From Octopus bimaculoides (Eukaryota), in assembly GCF_001194135.2 (NCBI RefSeq), contig NC_068984.1, positions 67,204,733 to 67,268,732 on the forward strand: DNA of 64,000 nt, in the 5' to 3' direction. The notes under the pieces are model-generated. The model did no database searches, was not told the origin of the DNA, and saw only the letters and a list, made by a program, of their open reading frames with translations. The position numbers were made by a program, and so were the translations under genes. This document shows positions 62,861 to 64,000 of the stretch, one piece after another. How positions within the stretch are numbered: position 1 is the first letter of the stretch; each line of letters starts with the position of its first letter.

Positions 62861-64000
62861 TATTCAACATTCCTGGCTATTTATGAAATATATAACGCCC
62901 GTCTGAGCTATGTAAATCACGTTAGCGGGGAAAATCCTTTAGAAATTAGTATAATCTAACAACAAAGCATAAAATATTCGGCAAAATTTGGCGTTTTTGC
63001 TATTGCTTAGTTCCAGACCAGTCGTGTTCGAGTAAATCTATTATATGGAAGCTTTCTAGTTGTATTTATTATCCAGTCTTTTCTTTCTGTTATCAACTAC
63101 AACTACTGCTATACAGGCGTCCTTCGTTTCCATGGCAGGAGGATGCAATATAAAGTAAATTTGACTATTATTTCTAGTTGGTCGAGTGACCACACAGAGG
63201 CTTTCTCATTTGCTTGTTTAATAATTTGAAATACATGCCGCAACAAATCTTACATTTTTAGTCAAAATGATGAAAAGTGTTTATACTGCTCATTTGGACG
63301 GGCATATCATATACACACTGGGAAAATATTTGTGTATATACACACACACACACATAAAATAATACTTCTTTTCTAATATAGAAACAAGCAGAAATCAATA
63401 CATAGGCGGTATATCCGTGAGTGTGTTAGCAGTATACACGTGTGTCTGAATACATATGCAAAGAGAAATTTCTACTGCTTCTACAAATGTATATTTGTAT
63501 GCGTGCGCTTCTGTTGCGGCGAAGACTGTTTGCCTGCAAATTTCTGATATTTGTTATGAAAAAGGAACTATCATGGATTTATAGTAATTTTTCTCCTGTC
63601 TTTGTAATTCAATATTTATTTGGACTCATGAATCGATTTGTTTTACGAGATTAATTCGATTAAACTTTTTCCCCAGTAATATTTTTAACCATTTGATTTT
63701 ATGTTTCGTATCAATAAGTATTCAGTGCCTGCAGTAGTTATCTGAAATTTTGTTTTAATAATCCGAAGTAAAGAAAAAATATTATGTCATTTAATTATAC
63801 ATCTAATATGGAGAAAACCCGTCTTTGAAAAAAAAAAACAAGATATAATTTTGAATTAAAGAAAACATTTTCTTGAGCAGAAATAAATTACATAAATTGC
63901 ACACACACAGACGCTTACACACAAACAATCTATAAATCAAATTCAATGGAAATAAGCTTAATCTTGGCTATTTTTGGTAATTTACGTGAGAGATGACGTC

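Overview
Very AT-rich eukaryotic draft-assembly sequence, packed with microsatellites, with many N gaps that sit on (TA)n/(GA)n tracts. The tRNA-derived SINE families and microsatellite load look like an octopus (coleoid cephalopod) genome; this is inferred from remembered repeat consensus sequences, not from a search. I can support no protein-coding gene by homology, and nearly all long ORFs in the supplied track are microsatellite or N-run artefacts. The window is a transposon graveyard: two decayed R4/Dong-clade LINEs (RT and/or RLE), a CR1/L2-group LINE 3' end, three decayed mariner copies, a DD37D/maT-like fragment fused tail-to-tail with one of them, more than 20 SINE copies or fragments from about three modular families, and two non-autonomous elements. 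The best leads are those two: (i) an ~850-bp Penelope-like element nested in the (TA)n of a SINE, carrying a minimal hammerhead-ribozyme-like motif with a non-canonical core (37530-37571) and a possible pseudoknot; (ii) an intact 580-bp MITE with 37-bp TIRs, an exact 8-bp TSD and a central inverted telomeric-repeat palindrome (58487-59066). Several phase-compatible short exon candidates and a C/D-box-like segment are reported only as low-confidence leads.
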